Shown: piece after piece, positions 45,593 to 58,409 of the stretch
Layout of the letters: every line of letters begins with the position of its first letter
How positions within the stretch are numbered: the first letter of the stretch is position 1
NCBI GenBank assembly: GCA_010909165.1
Contig: MU008181.1
Location: 930,001-994,000, forward strand
From: Anthoceros angustus
Lineage: Eukaryota > Plantae > Anthocerotophyta
DNA length: 64,000 nucleotides
Direction of reading: 5' to 3'
Position numbers and translations under genes: made by a program
Notes under the pieces: model-generated
The model's input: the letters and a program-made list of their open reading frames with translations, nothing else
Databases searched by the model: none
Told to the model about the DNA's origin: nothing

Positions 45593-48500
45593 TTTGGTAT
45601 CGAGCAAGTGAATCCACACTGCAAGAGGTACAAGATCCACGACGCCAAATCGAAAGCCGATTCGAGTGGAGGCGAGATCCGGCCTCGACCGTGGCGTGAT
45701 ACCGACGAGACAAGAAGGGCGACTCCCGGTAGTCAAGATCCGGACATACCTCGAGTAAATGCATTCATTGTATTTCCAGTTCTCGGCGAGGCGCTAGATT
45801 ACGCAACAAGACGCTCTCATCGGCGGCGACATGGGAGAACGACAAGCACAACGAGATGGAGCGGAACTCACCGGCGGCGAGGATCGGCTGTCGGAGAGCA
45901 TCGGCGATCAGTCTGGTCGAGGAGGCGAGGCCACCACCGCGAATCGGGAAGGCGAGATCCGGTGCTCGGTCAAGCTCCCATCGACCCCACCGAAGAGGCG
46001 ACGCCGGAGGTCGGCGAAGAGCTCCGGAAGCCTGGACCGATCGAGTCCGACGAGAAGACTCGGCCGCCACATCGCAAGTGATCCAAACCCGAAATACGAC
46101 CCCACCCCAGGAAACGAGGTCGACCACGAACCCGGCCTGTTCCTGACTCCCAGAACTGCACCCTGACCACCGACGAGAGAAATGGTCGCTCACGGAGACA
46201 AGAACGGCGGACATGGATCGAGGATCTCTCACCTCGAAATCTTGGGGCGACACCTCGGGCAAGGTAGGCTGAGTTAATGAGTGGAGTCGAAATTAACTGC
46301 GGGAACTGGCGTTGTGTCGGGCCAACCAAAGCAAATTGGAAGGCCACCTATCGGCGCCCTAGAGCCCTTCCGGATCGTACCGCCAACCGCGAGCACCAGT
46401 CGGAGGGGCCGAACCCACCTTACAATCCTCTCCTCCCGTTGTTCACAGTGCAGAGGCAGGACGCCCGCCCCACACCCATAAGCGGATGGAGGCGAGAGGA
46501 AGAGGAAGGTCGAGGCTCACATCTGCGAATCCAATCGGAAGGGGTCGAGAAGAGGAGTCATTGAGGAAGGTGGTAGGCTGCCGACCGAGAAGGAGAACAA
46601 AGATATCAAGGCTCGGCTGGGCGCCTCCAACTCATGCGATCACGAGGTGGGAGCAAGCCAAGGCAAAGGAGGAGTCGAATTGTTGGAAGGGACGAGCAAC
46701 ATTTCAAGCCTCGCCACAGTGGACAAGGAGTTACAACGGAAGATCAAGACGACCACTTTACGGGATGCTAAGGAGGCTCAAGCCGTGTATGGCTAGATAA
46801 AATGGAGAAATACACTGCGAAAAGGATGACCTTCAACGCACAATTGCGTGATGTCACTGAGGCTCGCCTATCGTGGTGGAGGCAACGAGAACAGTAGACT
46901 TGGGTATGGAACCCGCCATATACACTTGGGCCGTGTTGAGGTATTCTCGGAACATTTCCTTCACGCAAACCACAGACTTGTATCGCTAGCCAAAATCTAC
47001 CAACAAGGCTCTGCGGGAATCTGTGACAAGTTTTACAGCTTACCTTGGACCTCCAGCGCCTTGATGAAGAACAAAAGGTTGAGAAATTCATAGATGGCCT
47101 TGATTTGAGCTCGTGCGGGCGTTAATCGGACCCAACGCCACTCGGCGCCATGAAGGCCGCCATGAATTATGGCGGAACAAGTACAAGCATCTTGGCTCCT
47201 CCAACCCTCCTAGCAAGTCGAAATGGGGCAGTCGGCAAGTGCGGTGGACCGAAAACCTTCCTTCAAAATCCTCGCGGAAGATGAAAGCAGGAATGAGGAG
47301 AAGCGGAAATGTTTTACTGGTCGACCATGGCTCCCGTGGCTGTCCTCACAGGAAGGATTTCATCTCCTGGCTGAAGGAGGGGAACTCCACCCGGTGGATC
47401 TTACCTCAAAACATGCCGACAAAGTAACCATTCGAGTTGTCTTGGAAGAGGTACTTAAACCGGACAACAACGAATCCTAGGTCTTGCAATGGGTGTTGTG
47501 TCACAGATACTGAGACCCATGTCCCCATCAAGTGAAGGTTCGATTAGCGGGGCATGTGGCTACGGCTCTCTTAGACTCGGTGCTAGTCACCACTACATAT
47601 CGGCATCCGCCGCGCAGGACATCTACAACTCGGGTGAGACATCCACCGTGAGTGGACGGCTGGGAAATAAGGAGGAGGAGCGGTGGGTGGATGCACCACT
47701 TACCTTCCGGGAGGTTTTGGAGAGGTCTTGAGTGCATCGTTTGCCACCACAGCTCATGATGATTGTGGGGAAGCCGTGGCTGGCCGCCCACTCCACTGCA
47801 GATTGATTGGAAAAGGAATTTAGTAACCCTAGAAGTAGCGGGCAAGGCCTATGTGCTAGAAGGAGAGACATACCTGGGACAAACATCTTTTGTCATCCGC
47901 CTTACCTAAGTCCGCCAAGGGTGGTTTCTGTATATAGCCAAGCGAGTGGCTCCTGGAGGCACCGGAATCACGCTGCGGCTCAAAACAAAGCCCTCTTACT
48001 GCAGTTTCAAGGCTCGCTCGAGGAGTTTCTTGGCTTGTTTGCAGCCCACCACCACACCTCCGCAGTGCTATAGACCACAAGATTGAATTAGTCCGAGGCA
48101 CAGGCGGTGAATCAGCCACCCCACCCGCGTCGGTGATGGAGAATGAAGAAATTAAGCGGCAAGTGGACGAATTCTGGACAAGGGATTTGTAAGACCAAGT
48201 ACCTCACCTTATGGAGCGCCTTGCTGTTGGCTGCGATGGTGGTTGGAGGCTGCATCGACTCTGAGAGGACAAGCGCCACCATCCGAAATGTCTACCAAAT
48301 GCGCAGATGAAATTTTGGACCCGGTGCACGGGTCGTGGTTTACCAAAATTGATTTGCGGATCTGGTTTCCACCGGATCCGGCTCAAGGAAGGGATGAGCC
48401 AAAAACCGTTCGGGGCGGTGGTAGTCATGCCATGCGTTTGGGCTTACGAATGCCCTGCGACATTCCAATGTCTTATGGGACATCCTTCGACCCTTGTTGG

Positions 48501-50209
48501 GCAAAGTCAGTCTTCTTAGATGACATACTTATCCTCTGCGGACGAGCCAGCGCGCCTCTTGTCGAAGGTATTCACACTCTTACAGAACATCACGCCAAGA
48601 GGAGTAAGTGTACCTTTATGAAGGACGAGGTAGAATACCTTGGTCATATCGTGAGTGCAAAGGGCATCGGCATGGATCCTCGCAAGGTGCGGCGGTGGTT
48701 GAGTGGCCCCTCCCACGGATATCACCCAAGCGGATTCACAGGATTAGGCGCTTACCGGTTCATCAAGGGCTTGACCAAATCAGCGCTGCCCTTGGCGGAG
48801 GCTCTCAAACAATCCACCTGCCATTTGTTGTGGATCATGTCGGGCCTTGAGGCCACAGTCGCGTTGAGCGGCGGCCGGTCTTGCGGTGGGCGACCCACGA
48901 GGCACCACATTGCATCTTGGCGCATCGGATGGCGCCCTAGGCGCGGTGTTATCTCAACAAGGAAGGGTGATAGCATATGAATCCCAAGCTTCAAGGGGCT
49001 CTAAATTACCGGTACATGATAAGGAAATGTTCGCCATCGTACATGCTTTGAAGGTGTGGCGCCACTATCTCGGGACAAAGATTCGTGGTCCACACGGATC
49101 ACCATTCACAACTTTTCAAGCGGGCGCAAGCTTGTGGAAGGAGCTCACGAATCATGCCGATGCCTTGCAATCGAACACGCAACCTTCTGAAGCGATGCGA
49201 GTAGGCCGTAACGGCGCAACCAGATCCTGCCAAGCGCGTCGATCTCAGAACACACATCTGCGAGAACGTGCTCGTCGACACCTGGCTGGTGGAGCCCTCG
49301 GCCCGCACCTGACACTGGAAGAGCATTAACAGTGCCCATCTTGAGCTCACGGAACCGAGATCAACAACTTTGCACACGGGACACCTCAGCCTGCACGAGA
49401 GAGCGCCACTGAGCGAGAGCGGGCCTGAGGCATGAAGCGGCCATGGCCCTAAACCCGCTACCGCTACTGTGGTGCACCTATCGACCGACACTGTGGACTC
49501 GGAGAACCCGGTCGGACATAGCGCCGCCCGCCTCTCACGGAGGAGGAGAAGGAAGCCGCCACAGTATTGGCGCAAGCGTAGCGGCTGCAGCCCAAGCACA
49601 AGTCCCTCAGATCTGGAGATCCTCACCTGGAGTGCGGCGCTTGAAGCCATCCTCTCAGAGGGGCCTCTCCGTAGACCCGCGGACGACACCGAGATGGCGA
49701 TGCGACACATGAGCTCCCTCAACCCTTAGCGCCTTTGCATGCCGTGCGTGCAGAACTGCGGCTAGGTTCTTTGTTTTCTCGGAGTGGAGGTTGCCATACC
49801 ACTCTGCCTAGACTCCATGGCCGGCTCCAGGCCTCGGGCATCCCTAGCCTGACTGGCTGGGTTACCGGTCGGTACGGCAGGCCTCCTCGTGCACACCACT
49901 TTGCATCCACGACCACAATTCCCCGCCTCCTCCATCTCGAGTCTCTCCACAACGCCTGCTTCCCACTTTCCCTCCTTATATGCGAGGTTTTCAGCGCGGG
50001 GCGGGATTTTCAACCCTACCAGCTACGGAGCTGGTTGCAGGGAATCCTTTGCCTACGGGGAGCGGATTCGCCAACCCGTTGCCACAACCTTGGAGCTGGA
50101 TATGGAAATCCCTTGCAGGCCGGGACCTATTTACAAGGCCTCCTACCGCCTTTGCCTTTGGATCGGGAGGTGCTTTAATTTTCCTAGGCACACACACCTG
50201 CCCATCAGC

Positions 50210-53200
50210 GATGCTTGAGTTCAAGGAGCGGGATAGGTTCACGCGGAAACAAATACCCGTGTGATGCGGCGTCCGCATGCAAGCAAAGACGCGATGCTAG
50301 GCGATGGTGGCGACACTTCCAACAACCCGGAGCTACCGCAAATCAATTCGATAAGGATAGATGGGACAACGCCAACAATGTGGCTCAGGCCCTCCTAAGC
50401 GCTTGGACCGACGAGGTACTAGTTCCAGAGCTAAAAGGCGAGGATATATGGAACCAAATTTATGATGTGAATATGATAATATACTAACCTTATGTCTTTG
50501 TAAGTGAGCTTTTCTCTCTTAGTATGCGTGACAATGAGAAGGCAGTAGTTTTGTGGGGAAGTTTAGGCACCTTAGATCACAGATTTCATTAGGGTCTACT
50601 ATGTCGGACTTAGATCTTAACTCCTTACAAGTCTTCCTTCAAGCTATCGACCTTTTGTCTCTAGTTACAGCCTCACTTAGAGATGGTGCAGCAGGTTGCT
50701 GCAGGACAAAAAAGTGCAGATTAGCTTTACTGTGTTGTAGGAGCCTTGTTCCAAGAAGAGCAATCACGTAGTGGTTCTCATTCTCTTTTGGGCTAAAATA
50801 GATAAAGTCCTTTTTACCTCTAAACCGCTCACAATACAAGGTAGAAACTTTTCTACACCTAGCACATCTAAGGAAACACCAAGGGTCAAACCAAGAGAGG
50901 TTGGAGCAATCATGGCGGCTCTCCCGGCCATTGGGAGCGGGAGTGTCGTAAAAAGAAAAATGGAGAACCTAAGAAGGCCGAGAAGACTCATAGAGTGAGG
51001 CCAACACGGTTTCAAGGACAAGAAGACAAGGCAAAGCGCCAGTGATGACGACTTGCTTGTCCACATCCAAGCCCCAAGACACATGATGCTTGGTACTTGG
51101 ATTACAGGGGCTACATCTCACATCTGCAACAATTTGATGAGTAATTTTACTCCATAAATACATACGAGAAGGTCTTTGTTAGGTGACGAGCTCACTCGTC
51201 AGCTGAAGATTTTGGGAAGGGTACTTGTCATTTCTTAAGCGGATGGTAGCCTCATTCGGCTTGATGACGTTTTGTATGTTCCTAACATGGCCAAGCACTT
51301 GTTATGTTAGTCAACTTATGCACATGAAGTATTTTTGATCTAACCTTTACGCCTTCTAGCCGCACTAACCACGGGGGCCCAACTAGTTCCGTGGTGGCGT
51401 GAGGCCTATTAGAGCATGATCTCTGGTTAGACCTTTCATGTGCGCTGCTAGAAGTGCTCATGTTGCTTCAGATCACAAGCCCACCTAGCTCACTTTGGCA
51501 TGCTAGACTAGGACATGCTAACAAGGACAAGCTCCTTAAGATGTCTAAGTTAGAATGCTATAGAGCCCTTACCTAGGTGCTTTAAGGAACTTCCTTTGTG
51601 CGACTCTTGCATAGTTGCAAAGCAAAAGGAGTTACCCTTTCCTACCAATGTCGCTTTTAGGTCATTAACATCCTAGATCTTGTCCATCTTTGATATATCG
51701 GCAAGATACATGTTCCCTCTTGGTGGCTCCCTCTATTATTTAACAAATGATGACTTAGCTACTCTTGGACATACCAATGAAGAGGAAATCGAGACCTTCT
51801 TCAAAGAATGGATCATCATGGTTCAAAGGCAAGCGAGGATGTTACCTCCGATGCTTGAGGTCGAGATAATGGTAGTGAGTTTGTTAACTCTCCATTTAAT
51901 GATTACCTTGCAGCTCAAGGGATCACATGCCTAAGTATCCCATATACTCAACAACAAAATGGAGTAGTGGCCGACGACCACTCAACATGACACGTGCCAT
52001 GCTAGCTTGGTGAGCCTCAGAAAGCCTCTTAGGCGGGCGATTATTGCCACATATCTTGAATCGCTTCCAACAACCGTGGCACGATCGCACTCCGTTTGAA
52101 GTGATATGGAAGCGAAACCAAGTGCTTCACCTCGGTATTTGGCTCACCGCCTATATCCATTGAGCAGTAGGGAAGCTCGAGGATAGGGCAAGACCTTTGG
52201 TTTTCATTGGTTATGGAGAAGAAACCAAGGCGTATAAACTCTATGACCCTCCTACTCGATCGTTGATTTTTGCTCGGGCGTCACCTTCAAAGAGCTTGTC
52301 AAGCCTGCATGACTTCACTTTGGATTACGAGTTCTTACTTTTCCACCCGCACCGATTCACCGCACCGACCTTGGTTTGATGACTCCCCTCCGGTGTACCC
52401 ACAAGATGCATCTATGGCGAACCGTGTCTTCTCCGGCGCTAGCGGGGTGGATTTCCGCATCTATAGTACCATTGAGACCTACGTTGCAGCCCTCCAACCT
52501 ACTATTGTTCCACGCCGCCCTACGATGTTGAAGAGCATGAAGCATATCATGTTCCCGATGACCCACTTGAGCAAGACACACTTGAGCAACTTGAAGCGGA
52601 TCCTCTTCGATGAGGACCACAGTGCACGTGACGGGATGACCGGGTTCTTGACTTGACCGATGATGTTGTCAATGCGAGAACCACATGGTGCTCCATTCAA
52701 AGTTGAACCTATTGTTGAGGAAAGGAGATATCCAAGCCGGTCTCGTCCCATCTCGAGATAGCTGGACCTCCGCACCCTATGAGTCGAGGACTCCGCCTCC
52801 CACGATCGCTAGGCTATGTGAAGCCTCCTCCACCAGCACACCTCACCCGCAGTAACCTCAAACCTACAAGGAGGCTATAAAGGTGCACACAAACACCATT
52901 GGCTTCCATCAATTCAAGATGAGTATGACTCCTTGATGAAGAATGGAACATGGGAACTTTGCCTTACTGCTGGAAGGAAAACGGTGAGCTGCAAGTGGTG
53001 TTCAAACATAAGCTGAACGCACAAGGGGACATACGTTACAAATCACGTCTTGTTGCTCGCGCTCACAAGTGGTGTGGACTTCAACGAAACTTTCACATCG
53101 TCAAGACACAATCCATCGGATGATCCTAGCCCTTGCACTGCAGAGGCGGGATGCGGAGCAAATGGATGTCTCAGCCTTCCTCTATGGAGAATTAGAGGAA

Positions 53201-53375
53201 GATATCTATATGGACCACGAGGGCTTTGTCGATCCTAACATCCAGTTGGGTGTGCAAATTGAAGAAGACCTTATATGGACTCAAGCAAAGTGCAGAGTGG
53301 TACAAGTGTATCGACAAGTACCTCAAGTCCATTGGTTTCATCCAGAACTCCAGACGCCAACGTCTACATATATTG
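50210..53375 (+). mobile_element. Degenerate Ty1/copia internal region (gag-PR-INT-partial RT) without recognisable LTRs, nested in the chromovirus
   Basis: gag DRWDNANNVAQALL; protease W.LD.GATSHICN (~51095); LWHARLGHAN (~51495); DNGSEFV; PYTQQQNGV; RT DEYDSLMKNGTWEL, RYKSRLVA, MDV.AFLYGELEEDIYM, KLKKTLYGLKQS. Domain order INT-before-RT is the copia signature. Truncated before the YVDD motif. Confidence 0.88.
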
Positions 53376-56300
53376 CAAAGGAGGAGTCAATTGTTGGAAG
53401 GGACGAGCAACATTTCAAGCCTCGCCCAGTGGACAAGGAGTTACAACGGAAGATCAAGACGACCACTTTCGGATACTAAGGAGGCTCAAGCCGTGTATGG
53501 GCTAGATAAAATGGAGAAATACTGCGAAAAGGATGACCCGCGCATACAATTTGTGATGTCACTCGAGGCTCGCCTATCGTGGAGGCAGCGAACGGTAGAC
53601 TTGGGTATGGAACCCGCCATATACACTTGGGCCGTGTTCAGGTATTCTGGAACATTTCCTTCACGCAAACCACAACAGACTTGTATGTTAGCGGTTCGCA
53701 AAATCTACCAACAAGGCTGCGGTGAATTGTGACAAGTTTTCTGACTTACCTTGGACCTCCAGCGCCTTGATGAAGAACAAAAGGTTGAGAAATTCATAGA
53801 TGGCCTTGATTTGAGCTCGTGCGGGCGTTAATCGACCAACCCCAGCACTCTTGTCGGCGCCATGAAGGCCGCCATGAATTATGGCGAACAAGTACAAGCA
53901 TCTTGGCTCCTCCAACCCTCCTAGCAAGTCGAAATGGGGCAAGTCGGCAAGTGCGGTGGACCGAAAACCTTCCTTCAAAATCCTCACAGAAGATGAGAAA
54001 CGGGAGTACAGGGAGAAGCGGAAATGTTTTACCTGTGCAGCTACTGACCATGGCTCCCGTAACTGTCCTCACAGGAAGGATTTCATCTCCTGGCTGAAGG
54101 AGACAGGGAACTCCACCCGAGCTGGATCTTCTGCTCAAACACCTGCCAGCAAAAGTAACCATTCAGTTGTCTTGGAAGAGGTACTTAAACCGGACAACAA
54201 CCAGAATCCTAGGTCTTGCAATGGGTGTTGTGTCTGAATGCTTGCAAAGAAGACCCATGTCCCCACTGTCAAGGTTCGATTAGCGGGGCATGTGGCTACG
54301 GCTCTCTTAGACTCGGTGCTAGTCACCACTACATATCGGCATCCGCCGGAGAGCCGGGCCCCACATCTACAACTCGGGTCGGACATCCACCGTAGTGACG
54401 GCTCCGGGAAATAAGGACGTCGGTGAGGAGCTGGGTGGATGCACCACTTACCTTCCCGGAGGTTTTGGAGAGGTCAAGTGCATCGTTTTGCCCACCCTGG
54501 CTCATGATGTGATTGTGGGGAAGCCGTGGCTGGCCGCCCACTCACACCAGCTGCAGATTGATTGGAAAAGGAATTTAGTAACCCTAGAAGTAGCGGGCAA
54601 GGCCTATGTGCTAGAAGGAGAGACATACCTCCCGGACAAACATCTTTTTGCTGTATCCGCCTTACCTAAGTCCACCGCCAAGGGTGGTTTCCTGTATATA
54701 GCCAAGCTGAAGCGAGTGGCTCCTCCGAGGCACCGAATCACGGGCTGCGGCTCAAAACAAACCGAAGCCCTCTTACCTGCAGATTTCAAGGCTCGCCGAG
54801 GAGTTTCTGGCTTGTTTGCGAGCCCACCACCGCCTCCTCCAAGGTGCTATAGACCACAAGATTGAATTAGTCCTGTGGCACTGTGCCGGTGAATCACCAC
54901 CCCACCGCACGTCGTTGATGGAGAATGAAGAAATTAAGCGGCAAGTGGACGAATTCCTGGACAAGGGATTTGTAAGACCAAGTACCTCACCTTATGGAGC
55001 GCCAGTGCTGTTGGTTGCGAAGCCTGATGGTGGTTGGAGGCTCTGCATCGACTACAGAGGACTGAACCGCGCCACCATCCGAAATGTCTACCAAATGCCG
55101 CGCATAGATGAAATTTTGGACCAGCTGCACGGGTCAGCGTGGTTTACCAAAATTGATTTGCGGTCCGGTTTCCACCGGATCCGGCTCAAGGAAGGGATGA
55201 GCCAAAACCGCTCGAGCGGCACGGCCACTCACGACCGTAGTCATGCCGCTTGGGCTTACGAATGCCCTGCGACATTCCAATGTCTTATGTAGACATCCTT
55301 CGACCCTTGTTGGGCAAGGGAGTCAAGTCTTCTTAGATGACATACTTATCCACTCTGCGGACGAGCCAGCGCCGGTCTTGTCGAAGGTATTCACACTCTT
55401 ACAGAACATCACCGCCAAGAGGAGTAAGTGTACCTTTATGAAGGACGAGGTAGAATACCTTGGTCATATCGTGAGTGCAAAGGGCATCGGCATGGATCCT
55501 CGCAAGGTGCGGCGGTGGTTGAGTGGCCCCTCCCACGGATATCACCCAACCGAGGGATTCACAGGATTAGGCTTCTACCGCGGTTCATCAAGGGCTTCAC
55601 CAAATCGCTGCCCTTGACGGAGGCTCTCAAACAATCCACCTCGAAGCCATTTCGGTTGTGAGATCAGTATCCGGGCCTTGAGGCCACAGTCGCGTTGAGC
55701 GGCCGGTCTTGGCGGTGGGCGACCCACGAGGCACCTACATTGCATCTTGGCCGGATGGCGCCCTAGGCGCGGTGTTGTCTCAACAAGGAAGGGTGATAGC
55801 ATATGAATCCCACAAGCTTCAAGGGGCTCAGCTAAATTACCCGGTACATGATAAGGAAATGTTCGCCATCGTACATGCTTTGAAGGTGTGGCGCCACTAT
55901 CTCCTGGGACAAAGATTCGTGGTCCACACAGATCACCATTCACTGCAGCACTTTTTCAAGCAACCGAATCTCAATGCCAGGCAGCGCAGATGGGCGGAGT
56001 ATTTAGCTGACTTTGACATGGAGATTAAATACTGGCGAGCTACTTCTGGGCGCTTGGACGAGCCCAAACTTTGATGTCGTCACAGTCTGACACCATCAAA
56101 GCTGTTCGTGAGGCCATCCCAGAGGATCCAGCCCTGCAAGCCATCTATGAGCATTACTCGGGATGCGACAGGAGTTCCAACAGCTCGATGCAAACGTATC
56201 AATTGAAGGACGCATGTGTTTACCGTAAGGCGGTATTCATTCGATCACATGGCGGAACTCAAAGCGGAGTATCATGCACGACTTGCACGATTCTCCCATC

Positions 56301-57602
56301 TCGGGCATCTAGGTGTGGATAAGACTTACGAGCGTGTGAAGACGCACTTCTCTTGGACTACCATGAGGCAAGATTGCATCCGGTGGGTTCGTAGTGTCTC
56401 CCCGCCAGCAAAACCGACCATCAGAAGTCGCCAGGGTTGTTGTTGCCCTTACACATACCTGAAGGACGGTTCCAGTCCATCTCCATGGACTTTGTTACAG
56501 CTCTGCCGAGGACGAGGACTGGCAAGGATGCCATCTGGGTGGTTATGGCAGGCTATCGAAGTGTTGTCACTTCATTCCCGTTCACTCCAAGGTCACAGCT
56601 CAGAAGCTGGCAGCCATCTTCATCCGCGAGATTTTCAGGTTGCATGGATGCCCACAGGACATCGTTTCGGACAGGGATCCGAAATTTACAGCAGGGTTCT
56701 GGAAAACATTCACAGAAACCCTTGGCATTCATCAGAGTTTGTCTACCACCTGCCATCCCGAATCAGATGGTCAGTCCGAGAAGCAAATACAAGTGTTAGA
56801 AGATATGCTACGTCACTATGCACAGGAGAAGCAAGGATTATGGGAGGACTTGTTACCTATGCTGGAGTTCGCGTATAACACATCCAAGCATCTTTGGAGC
56901 AGTGCCTCACCCTTCAAACTACTCTATGGAGCCAATCCACCACCCCCTGGATTATGGCCAGCCAGCGCCGAGAAGTGGAGAAGTGCTGCAGAGCTGGCGG
57001 AAGATGTATACCATGAGGTCAGCCAAGCTAAGAAAAATCTACTTGCAGCACAAGACAGGGCGCGCAAGATCAAAAACAAGCAACGCCGTGAGGTCACCTA
57101 TACGGCAGGACAACAAGTCTGGTTACGCATCCGTCCACACAGGTACCCAAACCTGATCCAACCCCATCCAAGCTCGCATACCGTTTTGCGGACCCTTTAC
57201 CATTACGCGGTGAACGCCAGAGCCTACACCCTTGATCTTCCCTTCGGGCGCATGTGCCGGACTTTTCATGTCGGTATCGAAACCCGTCATTCCCGGCACG
57301 CCCATCTTCTCGACTCTCCGGCTACCCGTCTCCTCCTTCCGAGACCCTCCCGCACCACAATCCCTACCTCTCCGATCGGTTCCTATCTCATCTCCTTGTA
57401 ACCAGCCGACAAGACACCGACCTCCCTCTTTCCCAACGAGAATCCTTCAACAACGAGTTCGCAAGCTCGAGAATAGGGCGAGATTACCTAGTTGGGTGGA
57501 GCCGGGGAACGATACCGCCACTTGGGAGCGAGCCTTTTTGTGTTTCCTCACCTCGGCCCGGCGGATCGAGGGCTGGAGGACCAGCCTCTTAAGTGGGGAG
57601 GA

Positions 57603-58056
57603 TGTTACACCAGAGCGGAAAACGCCTGCCTATCTCGAACGAGGGCAAGCATGCTATCGAGGGAGCCCGCCGGACGCTGCAGGCCGAGCTGCAAGGGCAG
57701 ACGAGCAATGCCGAATCACGAGTCGCGTTTGCCAAAGAAACTCGCTAAGCGATAGAAACTTAGGCGATAGAAGCGTCGAGAAGAATACTAACGAGGTTAG
57801 AACTTAACGAACCGGTGACCTTAGTTAGTGATAAACCGTAGTTAACCGAAACCCAAGTTGGTACTAACCGTAGGTTAAGAACAAGAAACGTGACTAATAC
57901 CGTTATACCAACCAATCAGGTTGCCCAGTGGCGTGGCCATGTAAACAAGACCAACTGAAAGAATAGACAGCCACATTCTGTGAGCTCACCTAGCGAGCTG
58001 GCGACTGCGTCCTAGAATTCCTGGCTGGACGTAGAATTCGAGGCCGACTCGTTACA
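57603..58056 (+). repeat. 3' LTR (454 bp)
   Basis: Preceded by the PPT and followed by the ATAGA TSD; homologous to the 5' LTR. Confidence 0.92.
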
Positions 58057-58409
58057 ATAGAGAAATATTATGTGCTTTCTGTACAAAGTAAAAAAAACTT
58101 GTAAGGAGTCATTAAATGCTCCAAAAAATATTATTTTTTCTAACATCCTTTGTCTCGTTAGGAGTATGAAAGGAAGGCCGTCAACGCTCCAGAGTGAATG
58201 TCATTAGCTCAATTAGAGAGTCACGACAATCATCCTCATACACGTATTTAACTAGAGAGCCACAAAACCATTCGACAAATATACTTTATTGAATTGGTCG
58301 CTCCAATCCGTCCTTAGTGGACTTAAATAAAATTCTTCTTCTTCTTCTTCTTCCTTAAGATGTTTTGAGCCAATTAGAATAACTGAAACACGTTGGCAAA
58401 AAATCTACT

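Larger units (their letters stand above)
45163..58056 (+). mobile_element. Full-length Ty3/gypsy chromovirus LTR retrotransposon (12.9 kb) with an internal duplication and copia cargo
   Basis: TGTTACA..GTTACA LTRs; 5-bp TSD ATAGA at 45158-45162 and 58057-58061; Met-PBS tggtatc(a)gagc at 45595; PPT cttaagtggggagga before the 3' LTR. Domains: gag CFTCAATDHGSRNC, protease ALLDSGASHHYI, RT WRLCIDYRGLN..PRIDEILDQL..FTKIDLRSGFH..VFLDDILI, RNase H YPVHDKEMFAIVHALKVWRHYL, integrase SMDFVTALP..IVSDRDPKF..HPESDGQSE, degenerate chromodomain (ILQQRVRK..YLVGW..TATWE). Confidence 0.95.

Noticed and set aside
58335-58353. (TTC)6 microsatellite
   Set aside because: Ordinary short simple repeat.
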